Positions 1-16,553 of a stretch of DNA of 64,000 nt are shown here, one piece after another. A model generated the notes under the pieces. The model was not told the DNA's origin and made no database searches. It was given only the letters and a program-made list of their open reading frames with translations. Source of the stretch: Auanema rhodensis (Eukaryota; Animalia; Nematoda); NCBI GenBank assembly GCA_964057225.1, contig OZ059900.1:13826001-13890000 (forward strand), read 5' to 3'. The position numbers and the translations under genes were made by a program. Positions within the stretch are counted from its first letter, which is position 1. Each line of letters opens with the position of its first letter.

Positions 1-140
1 TTCAATTTCTTAACAGTGAAATGCTTGTTTCAAAAAGAAAAACGTGTTTCGTGTATGTAATTTGTGCGAAAGCATGCACTTGCTGTCACTATTTTATTGA
101 ATTGTTTATTTATTCGCACAACGAGTTTTTCTTATTTTAG

Positions 141-3335
<3,195 letters not shown>

Positions 3336-3750
3336 CAAATGAAAAATAAGCAAATTTCTTCATGTTATATGTAAAATTGGATATCGCTGCTGAGATTCGA
3401 TCTGTAAAACAGTCGATAACTGTGACACAAGCATTACATCGATTTGTTTCTTCCAATAAAAATATTCTAAAAGAAGTTTATGTTCATGTTTTAAGAAATT
3501 AACTTTATGAACAAAAAATATGTAAACGGACCAAAATCTAAGAAAATTATGAAAAAGCACAACATATTAACAGTTTTCTACAATTAGATTGAAAAGTAAA
3601 CAATAAAAATCTTCATATCATTGAGAGAAGTTATCACATTTTTGACTATTAATCCTCTTAATCTTTTTTTCATTAAGCACTATATTATTACTTCCCTTTC
3701 TTTATTTTATCTTTCCTTTCTCTCTCCTTTTTAATATAAATGAGAAAACA

Positions 3751-3784
<34 letters not shown>

Positions 3785-3820
3785 GTATATGTATATATGA
3801 TATATGATATATGATATATA
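3751..3820. repeat. (TA)n / (ATATG)n microsatellite
   Basis: Direct reading of TA dinucleotide runs and ATATG units. Confidence 0.9.
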
Positions 3821-6800
3821 ATATTTTTTTTATTTCTTTCAGTTTCAAATGGATCTTTTTTCTTTCTTCCTCTGGTTCATATGGCAACTTGATAAAAAAA
3901 AAGAATAATAATAAACTAAAGTAAATTAATATGATAACCATGAGCATTTACACACACTTAGTTTCATTTTCCCATCAGAGAATTAATTTTTAATTATAAA
4001 TGAAAGGCAAGATAGTTAATCCTATAAGAGAATTTTTATTTCATAACTCATATAGTAAGTATTTCATTTTCTTGTGCTGTTACAATGTTTTGTTTCAACT
4101 TAGCTGTCAGCAGAATTGTTGAAAACATTGCGGAAACAGTGAAATTGTCATCAATATCATTTTTTATTTTATGTTTTTATTAAAATTGTTTTTAAAGTTA
4201 AAAGTTCAAAAAAGGGCTAATGAAACGTTAATGAAGAGAAGATTTTCCATTTTGAATAAACAAATTCTTGATCATTTAGGGAAAATTTATAAAGCCCAAA
4301 GTCTGAGAGTGCATTTAATGAAGTGAAAAATTTATCGCATATATATCTTAAAAGAGGAGATTTGCGAAAAAAACAGACAAACTCGCAAATGATCGCAAAA
4401 GTATTTTTTATATTCATTTTGAGATGAGTGCTCATTGCATCAACTTTCTTAATGGATTAAGAAAGACATTGATCACTATTTATCCTGTTTCCTATTATTT
4501 GACTCAGTGATATATAAATGTTCGGCGTAAAGTTAATAATTTGTAATTTTCATATCAAAAAGACGTGTCTCTTTTGATTTTTTTCATAAGAAATTAATGC
4601 ATTATACATATTGAAACTTTTTCTCGTTCTGTTGAGCACTTGCATTAATCTTTTCTATTTTTTTCTAAATGCTTATTCACTGTTCAAAAAGATGAGCCTT
4701 AATCGTTATCAATTGATATTGAGCGATTTCCTTCCGGATGACTCTTCTTTCAGCTGGGCATTAACATTTTCATCCATTCTATTGCCACCCTTCATCTGGC
4801 TGGAAGCTGTTTCATTTCATTGTATATTATTTTGATGAAAATATATATATATTTCAATTGCAAAACTATGATTTTATACAAATTTTCTCTTATACTATTT
4901 TCTCTCATTATGTTATCAACTAATTAAATAATTGTCTGGATATTTTGAATTGACAACAAACATTCTAAAACTAAAATTATCCTAATATTACCGGAAAACA
5001 ATTGAAAAACAGAGAATTAACTCTTTATATATTTTTTTAAAATTCAGAACAATTCAATTAAATTGAAAATAGTGGTCTTGAATTTGGTTTATGATAAATG
5101 TTTTGCAGCATTTACTCTTTACTTTTGATCAGGTAGCAACAGAAATCTATGAATAGACCAATATAATTGCAAATGATGAAATCTCCGGTTGGCTTAAATT
5201 CATCCTCTTTTCCTTTTCCTCTTTCTCATGTATTCGGAGCCGCTGTATATAAGTGTGGAATACATTCAAAGCTTGAAATCTAGATAAATAGGAGTTAGAA
5301 ACGATGATATTTCAATAAAATTTATCTTCAAATTTTTTTTGATAGGACTTCTTTATCGGATCACCCGTACAATATGTTTCTATCTGCTCTTTCTGCTTTG
5401 TCCGTATCATAGTTTTCAAATCCTGTTAATCCATGATTGATATTTAGCCTTTATCATATGATCCAAATCTTATAACATCTGCTTCATTACATGCATCTTC
5501 CTCTCTTACCTCTTCTCTATGTTCCTCTCTCACACTCTCATTCTTTCCTCTCTTTTTGTCTTTTATATATTTTTGGGCTTTTCTGCTTTTTAATTTCTCT
5601 TAAACTATCTGCTCAAAACGTTTGTTCCAATCATTATTTGCCTTCTACACATCACAAACGTATAACTTTTTTAAATTCCAGCCAGCAAATTATTATAAAT
5701 ATACAACTATTCAACTATATATATATTTAAGCATTTGTTTCATTTTAATGAGCATTTTCTTGCAATTCATGTATTTAACTTGATACATTCACAAACAACA
5801 AATGAATCCCATAAATGGTAAAATGATCTCTACTTCGTGTCAGCATTGCTTACATGCGTTTCATTAATGATCTTTAAAAATAAGTGTTGTTAACATTTTT
5901 TATGCCTCTTTATGTACAGTGACAAATTTTAAGTCACTCATTATATTCAGAAAACGCTGTTATTTCATTTTTAGATTCAGTTTTCAAATCCAATTTTGTT
6001 GAGAATATGATTCAATGATAATCATCATATTGAACTGAGCAAGCAGGTTTCAGTTTTTCAAACGAAAAAATTCAAAAAGCTTGCTTTGTGGATTTTAATA
6101 ATTGAATTAGTGCTCATTGCTACATAGCCGATGTCGTAAAATCGGGATAAAAAAGAGATTTTATCATGAAAGTTCTCCATTCATGGATAATTCAAAACAT
6201 ACTTCGAGAATGAAAAACTTTTATTATCAAATATTATATGTTGAATACTTTGAAAATTCAAAAAAAAAAACACCAAATTTCTATCGCATAGTTAACTAGA
6301 GAAGACTTGTAAAGGAAATAAAGAGCCCGTTTTGAACTTTTTCCATGGTAACGAAATAAATCTGTGATTCATTAACAAAAGAATGTTAGTCCATTGTTTG
6401 CTTTTGCGATCAATGTTCATAAACTATTTGAAAAATATCTGCCTTCAATTACCTCATAAGTGATTGTGTATATTCAACTGATTGAATAAAGGTAATCATC
6501 ATTTTTTTCAAATATTTTTCTGAGCCATTTTTCAATAGTTTCGCCATCGTGTTCTGACAGAATTTTTTTTTATTTTTGTGAAACAAACACGTTTTCTAAT
6601 TGTGATAATGAATTAATATACTTCAAAGCTTGCAAGTGCAAAAGGATACTTTTTTATCATTTTCTAAGAATTTTATAACGCGTTAAGTACTTAGCTTGTC
6701 TTATTATCGTTCTTTTGAACATGGCACTTTAGAGTGCATCTAATATTAGATGAGATTAAGTCATACCTAAGTCTATGCAATCTTTAAATACATATTTTAT

Positions 6801-7297
6801 AAATATTTAGCTTTGAATGTTTGCTCCATTTCTTATTCAGTCAGAAAAAAAACATATTGCAGCTTGAATTTGATGCTATCCAATTTTGAATTTTTTTCTT
6901 CAAGGTGCTTAGTTGAACACGAAAATCACATATCATTCATACAAATTACACCTTGTAATCCTTGAATTCAAGTTTGTGAGAAGCTTTCTTCTATATGTTT
7001 ACGAAGATATAACAAGGCTACAGTTAGACTTACTTGAGCTTCCTGCACGTTTGTGGAAAAAGTGCAGTTAAAAGAAAGCATTTTTCGAGACTAGTCAAAC
7101 AAGCAGATAAATCTTTTGTGCTTCTCTCTGGACAGCAATATACCTGCTGAGATAACAATATTGGGCCTCAATAACTTGAAATTATTTTTGATAACTATTA
7201 CATCTATTTTCTACGTATCATCGTTATAGACTCTCTTGAGACTTCATTATGAAAAAATGAAATATTATAAAAATATTTTGTTAAATGCTGATTTCAG

Positions 7298-8329
7298 ATG
7301 GGTGATAATCGCTTTCGTTTGGTTGTTCTTGGTTCTTCCCGAGTTGGTAAAACTTCAATTATTAATAGGTTCCTGCATAATACTTTTACTGAAAAGTATA
7401 AGGAAACTGTTGATGATATGCATCATCAAACGTTCCGCATTCAGGTAAAATTAGCAATTTTTTCTCATTTATTTCGCTAATCTTAGGGAGAAGAATTGAA
7501 TCTTGAGATTCATGACACAAATTTTAATTTTCCGGACATGCGCAAAGTTGCAATTCATTCAGCTCATGCTATCTTAATAGTTTTCTCTACTGATGATGTT
7601 CGAACATTCAAAGAGGTTTCAAAATATGCTAATTATGCTAATAATGGTAGATTTCAGATGTCTGACTTATGGCGCGAGGTCAGCGAGCATCGTGCAAACA
7701 TTGCCTATACGCCAGTTGTTATTGTTGGTAACAAATCCGACGTAGAAATCAAAAAAGTAATTGTAAATATCAAGAATTCATGTTCTTATTCCTGTTGTAG
7801 ATTTATGAATCGACTGCTCTTGCATTCACCTCACATTTGCCTATATTTGTTCGTTATATGGAAGTTTCAGCAAAACTAAATGAAGGAATTAAAGAAATAT
7901 TCACAACTTTATTAGATCTGAGCGGATTTATGAAAAGAAAGGTAAATAATATTTTACTTATTCAAGATCAAGATATTCGTTCTCAGAAAGAACTTGAACT
8001 ATCCACAGAAGTTGTGGATTTGTCACCTCCAAAGAGTCCATTTTTCTTACTTCCACAGGAACATTTTAGGCGTAATCGTTCTTTAAGAGTAAGATTATTG
8101 CTTATCAATATTTCATTTGAATCATATATTCGTAGGCAAAGTCTGCAAGTAGAAGAGAGAAAGATGAAGAATCAAAGCCACGTAGAAGTAAAAGTCTTAT
8201 GAGGTGAAAAATAAAAGAAAACTTTCTTAATTATATTCCAACGTTTACAGAAAAACAAAACATATGTCTTTCAAATCTCGCCGCACTCAAGAACCAGCCG
8301 ATGAAGATGGAGATTGCAAAGTTCAATGA
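7298..8329 (+). CDS. Ras-family small GTPase, Dexras/Rhes-like, with C-terminal CAAX
   Basis: G1 GSSRVGKTS, switch I YKETVDD, G4 NKSD, G5 EVSAK, C-terminus DGDCKVQ-TGA (8327-8329). The ATG directly follows TTTCAG, which is a trans-splice site or the acceptor for an upstream exon. Confidence 0.88.
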
Positions 8330-8732
8330 ATGTGTATGCGAAAACTTATCATCTAAGCAAATTTCCAGCTTATATCGATATCTCAATAATTTCTCATCAA
8401 ACTATTTTTGGTTTTTCATTTATTTTTAATTAATATTATAAGCTTATATCAGTATAGTCGTAGTATCATTACAAAATTTAGTTAAATAATGAATAAGCAC
8501 ACACTTTCAATCAAAATGTAATATCTATTTCACAGGTAGATAGTTATAGCACCACACAAATTATCAACTAACTTTGTATTTTAAGTTTCAAATTGAATTG
8601 TTGAAAAGATTTTTAAAATAAATTCTTATGCACGTAATTGATCAACTTTTACTTTTACGTCTTTCAACACAATATAAAATGAATCAGTGAAATTTACTCC
8701 ATTCCACTATTAATGATGTCTTATGAGCTGGA

Positions 8733-8787
8733 TGATAAGATATTCAATTTATTAGTATCTTTGATAAGCAGTCAAGTTTCATATAAA
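8733..8787 (+). promoter_or_regulatory. Two TGATAA (GATA/ELT-2 type) sites plus TATAAA upstream of asp-3
   Basis: TGATAA at 8733-8738 and 8762-8767, TATAAA at 8782-8787, ATG at 8821. This layout is typical of nematode intestinal genes. Confidence 0.55.
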
Positions 8788-8820
8788 GTCAGCTATGCAA
8801 TAGATAAAATTTAATTGGAC

Positions 8821-10724
8821 ATGGCTCGTCTGTTGCTTCTTTTGCCAGCAATCTTGCTGGCCGTATGTGCTGAACCCATCAGGTAATATATATAGATATA
8901 GATATATAGATATAGATATATAGATGTTAAAGAACAAATCCTATAAACAATGATAATATTATAGAATTGAACTTCATAAGGTTGAACACACCAGAGACCA
9001 GTATAAGATCAAATCTATTGCTGAGTATACCAAGCAAAAATATATTCCAGGATACAAATTTGATCCATCCCAAGCTTACGCTGAGGGTCTTTCCGATTTC
9101 TCCAACGTTAGTTTCATAGTAGCCTACATAAAACAAAAATTTACATATTATTTTCTAAATATTGTCTTTTGAACTTCACTCAAACGTTATCGCGCTGAAA
9201 AGCCTAAATTTACAAGCCACGCTGCCGAGCAATGTTTTACAGCAAAGTCTATAGTTTCTGTTCTTATCAATAAATTGAACATTCATAATAATAGTTTAGG
9301 CTCAATACTATGGTGCCTGTCAAGTAGGAACCCCACCACAAAACTTCCAAATCTTGTTCGACACAGGATCCTCCAACTTTTGGATTCCATGTGCTGATTG
9401 CCCAAAGAGCAATCTTGCCTGTGATCTTCACCAGAAAGTAGATAACAACATATATACTCATGAACCTCATAAAACGTAAAATTTAAGTTCGACTGCAAGA
9501 AATCATCTACTTGCACCAAGACCACCATGCCATTCGAGATTCAATATGGATCCGGATCAATGAAGGGAACCGTCGATAAGGACATCATTTGCGTAAGAAT
9601 ATCATGTGAAGTGAAACTATTAATTTGTTTTAGTTCGGAACTGATCATAAATACTGCACTGATAAGACCCAAGGATTCGCTTGTGCCGAGCAAGAACCCG
9701 GATTCGCTTTTGTTGTATGTTATATTTAGATCAAAGTCTTAAAACACGTCAATTGATAAGATCATCAAACAATCTTTTACGGAAAAAAATTCAGAAAAAT
9801 AATTTAGATAAAACATGTATGATTTCATCTGTTTTTCTAGGCTGCTAAGTTCGATGGACTCATGGGTATGGCTTGGGATCAAATTGCTGTTGATGGAATC
9901 CCTCAACCAATGGACCAAATTTTCGCCAACAAAGTAAGTTTTTACACATGTCTAAGTCAAAATAAAATATAATTAGGATCTCTGCAAACAACAACTTTTC
10001 GCCTTCTGGCTTAACCGTGATGTCAACAACACCGTTACTGGAGGAGAACTTTCCATCTGCGAAATGGACCCCAACCACTACAGTGTAAGAAAAATGATCT
10101 TGAAAAAGTATGCTCCAATTTTTTCTTCAGGGAAACATTGCTTGGGAACAATTGAAGGCTACTGATTACTGGAGAATTAGCTTGGGAAGTGTTACTGTTG
10201 GAGGCAACAAGGTAAGAGTGAAAGGGAAAGTAAAAAATCAGAAAATTAATTCAGATCACCGGTATGGTTGATGCTATTGTTGATACCGGTACTTCTTTGC
10301 TCACCGGACCAGCTGACCAAATTAAGAAGGTATTCAATAAAATAACCCTTCATATATCATGTATTAATTCAAGATCCAACACATGATTGGAGCTAAGCCA
10401 CTTTTCAACGGAGAATATGAGGTTGACTGCAGCAAGCTCTCCACCATGCCAAATGTCACCTTCAACATTGGAGGACAAAACTTTGATCTTACCCCATACG
10501 ACTACACTTTACAGGTTAGAAAATTGAATCTATTCTCCTTCACACAAGTGTTTTAGATGCTCTCTAATGGACAATTGTCCTGCCTTTCTGGATTCATGGG
10601 ACTCGATATTCCTGCTCCAAATGGACCTCTCTGGATTTTGGGAGATGTCTTTATTGGTAGATTCTATTCTGTTTTCGATCATGCTAACAGAAGAGTTGGA
10701 TTCGCTCAAGCCAAAAGTCGCTAA
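8821..10724 (+). CDS. asp-3: Cathepsin D-like aspartic protease ASP-3
   Basis: Signal peptide [17 protein letters not shown], then [30 protein letters not shown], catalytic FDTGSSN and [43 protein letters not shown]. Closely follows C. elegans ASP-3. Confidence 0.93.
8886..8925. repeat. (GATATA)n / TA microsatellite in asp-3 intron 1
   Basis: Direct reading. Confidence 0.85.
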
Positions 10725-11348
10725 GCAGTAATACGTTTCTGTGATTTTCTTCGTACATTTAGTATAAATTTGAACGCTTTCATCATTGTATGATGTCGAA
10801 TAAAATTCAAAACTTGTAATATCTCAATACTTTTACATTTCGAAATATTTATAACAAAGTTCAAAGCAATATCAAAAGCTGAATAGTTACTCATCATGAG
10901 TATTTGAAATCTTTTTATTTATTTTCAAAGACGAGAGTGATTATCAGTGATTATACACATACATATACATATATACAAATTTATATGTATTGTTAAGAAA
11001 CATGTATGTATATGTGACTAATTTCAATGAACTCTCACAATGATTGTGAATAGCATTTCAAGTCCATTGACAACGTTAACCATTAGCATGAATTCATAAA
11101 TGCTATAAACGCTCACATTTATAATCAAATTTATTTGAAAAGTGTATTTCGTATTACAATTTTAATCCAAGTTTCTAATTTATACATCAGTCTTCAATAC
11201 TTTGAAAAAAATAATAGTTTATTGGTAAAATATACACATTTTATCAACATTAGAGAGCGGACAGCAAAATTGTATTTTATTTTTGCAATTCGAAAAGAAT
11301 TACTATCCCATTGTCTAAACAGAGCATCAATCGTAGATGCTTATTCAA

Positions 11349-11672
11349 TTATTTTCCAAGAGATTGTCCAGCAAGACTGTCAAAGTATCTTAAAATTTCA
11401 TTCTATTAGTATAAATTCTTATTCGTGTTGTACCTCTTTTCCAAATTCATGGCTGGTTCACGTGGATAGAATATCATGCCTCTGCCACGAGATGACATTA
11501 AGAAAGCTGGCATTATTGGTTTATCAAAATCCATAAAGTGATTCAAACGCTAAAGTTATATGAATGATTCAATGCAGATTCAAGATGTTGCATTGAGATG
11601 TTATACCTGTTCAGCTTGAATGCTGCAAACTATGCATCCTATGATAAGAAGAGCAACAATTACGAATTTCAT
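11349..11672 (-). CDS. nlp-3: NLP-3 neuropeptide precursor (73 aa, 3 exons)
   Basis: Exons 11672-11607, 11549-11434 and 11388-11349 splice in phase to MKFVIVALLIIGCIVCSIQAEQRLNHFMDFDKPIMPAFLMSSRGRGMIFYPREPAMNLEKRYFDSLAGQSLGK*. YFDSLAGQSLG is the third C. elegans NLP-3 peptide. Confidence 0.9.
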
Positions 11673-13398
11673 TTCTGCGCAAAGAACTGAAATAGAAACG
11701 ACACTAGAGTAAGCAAATATTTTGAAAATCATTAACATATTGCTGAGAGAACACAATTTTTATATATTTTATACGGTATAGAAATGTCACAATTTATAAT
11801 AGCTCACATTCATTTTGAGAAACAATAGATAGAACAATAGAAAACTGGTTTGTAGGTACTGAAACCTATAATTACGTGTTTCTTGTGAGATATGAAAAAT
11901 CTAGGCACAATACCAGACAACGAAATTGGGTATGAAATCATTTTTCGACTAAGGTAGCTCAGGCTATTTGCAAAATTATTTCAGAAAACAATTGTATTTC
12001 TCACACTATGCATTTTCATCAAAACATAAATCTTTTTCATAAAATGGCTAAAAACTATCGAACTGTGTTATTAAAATCTGACCAAAATGCTTTTTGTAGT
12101 CGACACCCACATTTTCTACACTTTATTTTCAAACTCATTATTTGGGATATCTGTGGATTTGTTGAATAGATGTAGCAAAATGAATGTAATTTCACAAGTA
12201 TATAAAAAAAGTTAAAATTAAACATAAACATAGTTTGAATTCATTATTCAAAATAAAGTTGAATGTTAAGTTTTAAAAAAAGGAAATTGAAAAAAAGGTT
12301 TTTCCGTGCTCGAGACTAGTGTGATCAAAGATAATTTAGTCTTATATAGGGTGATTGTATGCATTAGAGGCGGAGTCAAGTTTTTCAAAAGGAAATGACA
12401 CGGATAAAAACGTCATAATTTTCAGAATTACATTGAGCAAATGAATCGGTTTTTGATTATATTTTATATATTGAAAACTGAAGTGATTACTAATTGAAAG
12501 GTTTACGAAAGAGTTTACGTAATACTCTGACACATATTAATATGCTGATACAGTAAGTATGAATTGAGAATCAGCAATAAATGAAGTATTCAGATGTTAT
12601 TCATTGAAATAAGAAGAAAAGAGCAAGTTTGAATGCGATATTGCTAATTGTGTTCATTCTATCAAAGAAAGTAAGAAAGAAAAAACTACATTGCGATATA
12701 AATCAGAAGAATTAGCTTCATTAGATTCAAGATCTCACTCTCACGATCAACTATCATTTCAATCAAAAATCAAAAAGAGAACTTCAAAAGAAATTGGAGA
12801 AGAAGTTGAAATTCAAGTGAACTGCACCTGTAAGTAACGTACTTGAGTTATATAGCACGTTACCATATTTGAATCTTGCCTAAAACACAGTTGTTTATTT
12901 GAATGACCCACCTCGTTCATTTTCTTTGCTTTATGCTCCGCCCATAACAATATTTTAACCGTTATGAAAGAACATGAGCCATTTATCTGCTGTCAAAATA
13001 GACATTTCGTTCCGTTTGAGAATGACACAAAGCTGGAATAATTATAAGCCAGGAAAGCACACCAGCTGGTATATTTTTGTCATGAAAAACAAAAGTATTG
13101 TTGTAATGTCAAACTACTGTAAATTAAAGAATATTACTATTTTCGTTGTAATTGTTATAAATTGCTTGTAGTTCTGTTGCTTTGTATGCTAATTCAAATC
13201 GTACAAACACATATTTCACAAATATTTTAACAAATACTATAAAAATTTAAACAGAAACAATAATATAACATATAATTAAACAATTAGTATTACAATTTAA
13301 ATAAGATAAAATTAAATATTAGATATATTGATTTTCTAAACTTATATACTATTTGTGTATGTAAATCTGTTAATAAACATAACATTATTGAGAGCTTT

Positions 13399-16300
13399 CT
13401 AATAATAATCATGAGAGTGTTGATGAAGATGATGCTCTTTTCCACGAAGAACAGCAACAAGAGGATGAATTGAATCTTGAAGATCCTGTAAAAATCGTAC
13501 AAATAAGTGAATTGCTTCCAAAATACTTACGCGGAAATATCTCTCGAAAGTAGCTATTCCATGAGTGAAGAAAAGTTTGTGCTGCAATTTGCTAATTTCT
13601 TGACATCCAGGCATAAAACCTTGGTTGTTGACCTAAGAATAAAGTTCATAAACAATTCATCTTCACAACCAAAACCTTATAGTACTCAAAGAAGCCAATG
13701 TTGGCAGCCGTTAAAGCACGAATAGCAGGTGGCTGTGGCAAAACCTACAAAATAAAATATTCTATTAACTTGGTTGAAGTAATATGAAGACAATCATACT
13801 ACTTTGTGATTTTAATTTCCCCAAAAATGGAAAAAAAATGTTTACCTCGGAATCAGTTATAATTGGTAAAACATTGGTTTTAAGATCGTTTCCAAACAAT
13901 TTTTTGACGTGAGCCAACTCGAGAATGAAAGGCCATCCTAGGACATTTTCATTTGTATTTAGAACAATAGAAATGGCGTCAATTCGTGCTACACCATCAG
14001 ATAGAAGTTCCTACAATACTTTTTATTGAAAAACAAGATTATTTTCAAGATCAACCTGTTGTAACCATTTCTCAATGAGTCCAGAAACAAAAGAACTATT
14101 TTCAATATTTGGAACACCTGGGGTGTCAATAATAGTGACAGAATAAGGCAATATAGAGTTATTGATCACGTAAACAACTAAGTCTGTAGTCTTTTGAGAG
14201 GTTGAAGACGTGAGAGAAAAGCTTAAAACTTGAGAAATGAGTATTTTAGTACACAACACAACTAACCGAAAATCGTTCTCCTTCTTGACATCATATAAGT
14301 AATTCAGCATGCTGTTGATAACAGATGTTTTGCCTGATCCAACCGAACCAAAGAAAAGAACAGTCTATTATAATATATAAATATAAATAATAGAGATTAT
14401 GCCTCACTCTATCTTCCTCCGATCTCGGTGCATAACCTCCAACAATGACTCTTCTGATTTTCTTGCTTTTTGAGTACCCTTTCTGCTCTTCATGCCATGG
14501 AACAACAATTTTGCATCCATCGACACAACCAATCTGAACAAAACTTTTCTATTAGTATTCATTTTTTGTCTACCATACCTCAGTTCCATTTTCAAGCTGT
14601 TCACTTGCAATAGCAGAAATTGTAACTGCTTCCTCAGAGGTATTGATCTCTTCTGAAAAAAAAGCAATTTCGTTTTTTTTTCATAAAATGGGCATACTTT
14701 GCTTCTCTTCAAGTACAGAATAATCTGAATCGTGACTTTGAGTATGGTGATGCTTGCTATGAGGAATAGCAGAAGCGCCAATTGAGTTAGATTTTTGGTG
14801 ATGAGTTTGAGCCCCATAATGATGAGAGTTTCCACGTTGTGAATTTGATCTCGGTACACTCTATAAACGATAAAAATTTACAAGACTAATTATGAATGTG
14901 AATATGATAAGAGAGCTCAACAATTCATAAAACCCGATACGCAAAAATTATTTCAAATCTTTAGAACAATTGAATTACAGCACGTAAAAATGCACAACCC
15001 TATTACTTATTATTTGATTTAAAAATAACCTTAATAGATGTATTAGAAGAAGTTTTGCCCTCTTCGTTACGAATCCATTCGTTGCATATGTGACGAATTT
15101 CGTTTTTCTTGCGCTCAACCTACAAGATACTGATATCATTATCGAATTACGAAACGTAAATCAAGCATTGCACTGACCTCAGTTTCCAATTCTTCCCGTT
15201 TACGTTGAGTAGATTTCAACGCTGCTTTAGCTAGCTCAAGTTGCAAATTTTCTTGCATCTCATTGAATCCTTGGCTTTTCTTATTGCTAGCAACAAGAGG
15301 ATGAGATGGAGAACTGCTTTGTTGGCTGCGACCATGATGATTATGATGATGATGATGGTGATGATGATGCCGCTGAAAGGCTTGTTTGTTTTCAAAGTTT
15401 TTTTAAATATTTTATTGTGAAGAATATGTTAGACTAACATGATGTGCCCTCTCATATGCTACTTCATCGTGATTTAAATTGATATTCACACCCTGCAAAA
15501 AAAAGTTTTTAAAACCATATTTGGAAAGAAAATATAATTTTAATTTTAAAATGTCAGAAGAAACAAAGTTTTACCAAGTCATTGTCCTGGTCATCGACAA
15601 GATCAAATCCACCGAAGCGGGAATAGCCGGCTGTCGTAACACTGTCAACAGTCATGCTTCTGTCTACTTATAATGAAATATATTAAAAACACAAGTTGAT
15701 TCCATACCTTTACGTGCTGGTGCACTATGAGCATGAGAAAATTGACTCACACTCTTTTTGCTCGAAGCAGGATTATGACTACTAACTTGTGTAGAAGTTC
15801 TGCTAATAACGGTTGGTGTTTTAGTTTTTTGAGATACAACCGTTACAGTGGACTTGCTCACATGGCTTCCAACTGATGATTGTTTAGTAAGATGACTCGG
15901 TAGGTTAGAGCTTCTTCTGCTAGATTGAGCAGATGATGCAACAATTGAAACTGGAATGGTATCTCTATATTTTTAAAACTTCTAATGTTACCGTCATCAC
16001 CAATTCCTCTGAAAGCATTGTCGATTTGTTCATCGTAATGATCTTCATAACTCTTTTTTGTTTGGTTCTCATGAGGATCATGATAATTGTCGTAATAATC
16101 TGCATGAGTACGAGCTGCTGGTGTGGGTGGAGCGATGTTTACAGGGTCAATCTTCACAGCAGAAAAAACAGCGTCCATCAGCTCATCAACAACGGGATCG
16201 TAAACATTCTTTGATACATTGTTGTTCTCAGAATAATGATGGTAATAGTCATTATCGTTATGATGTTCAACGACCTGACTTTTCTTTACGACAGTAGAAA

Positions 16301-16553
16301 CCTAAAAAAATTAGGTAGAGTTCAGAATTGAATCAACTGTATTACCGAAGAAGTTCTATCAAAATTTGTCACGTTGGCTGAGTGTTGATAGCTTACAGCA
16401 TGATTGGAGAGTTGAGGATGAACTGCACCAGAGGTTTGAATAGAGATAACCGAAGGTACAGGAGATTTCTTTAAAAATAATTATTAAGTGGAAAAGAGCA
16501 ATACATACAGATGGAAGAAAAATATCGTCCAGATTAATTTCAGTTTTCTCCAT
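13399..16553 (-). CDS. Uncharacterised protein: low-complexity/His-rich N-terminus, coiled coil, C-terminal septin/AIG1-like P-loop GTPase domain
   Basis: ATG at 16553 follows a TTCCAG acceptor. Multi-exon. Walker A GSVGSGKTS (14323-14349) followed by INSMLNYLYDVKKENDFRF, then IIDTPG (G3). Ends HHLHQHSHDYY*. Confidence 0.8.

Noticed and set aside
5362-5388. CACCCGTACAATATGTTTC closely resembles mature miR-52 (miR-51/100 family)
   Set aside because: No complementary star arm downstream, and the only local hairpin puts the putative 5' end in the loop. RNAfold and small-RNA reads would settle it.
7030-7180. Minus-strand Cys-containing exon-like segment (CCPERSTKDLSACLTSLEKC...) with a GTAAGT donor
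   Set aside because: I could not join it to a start codon or other exons in phase.
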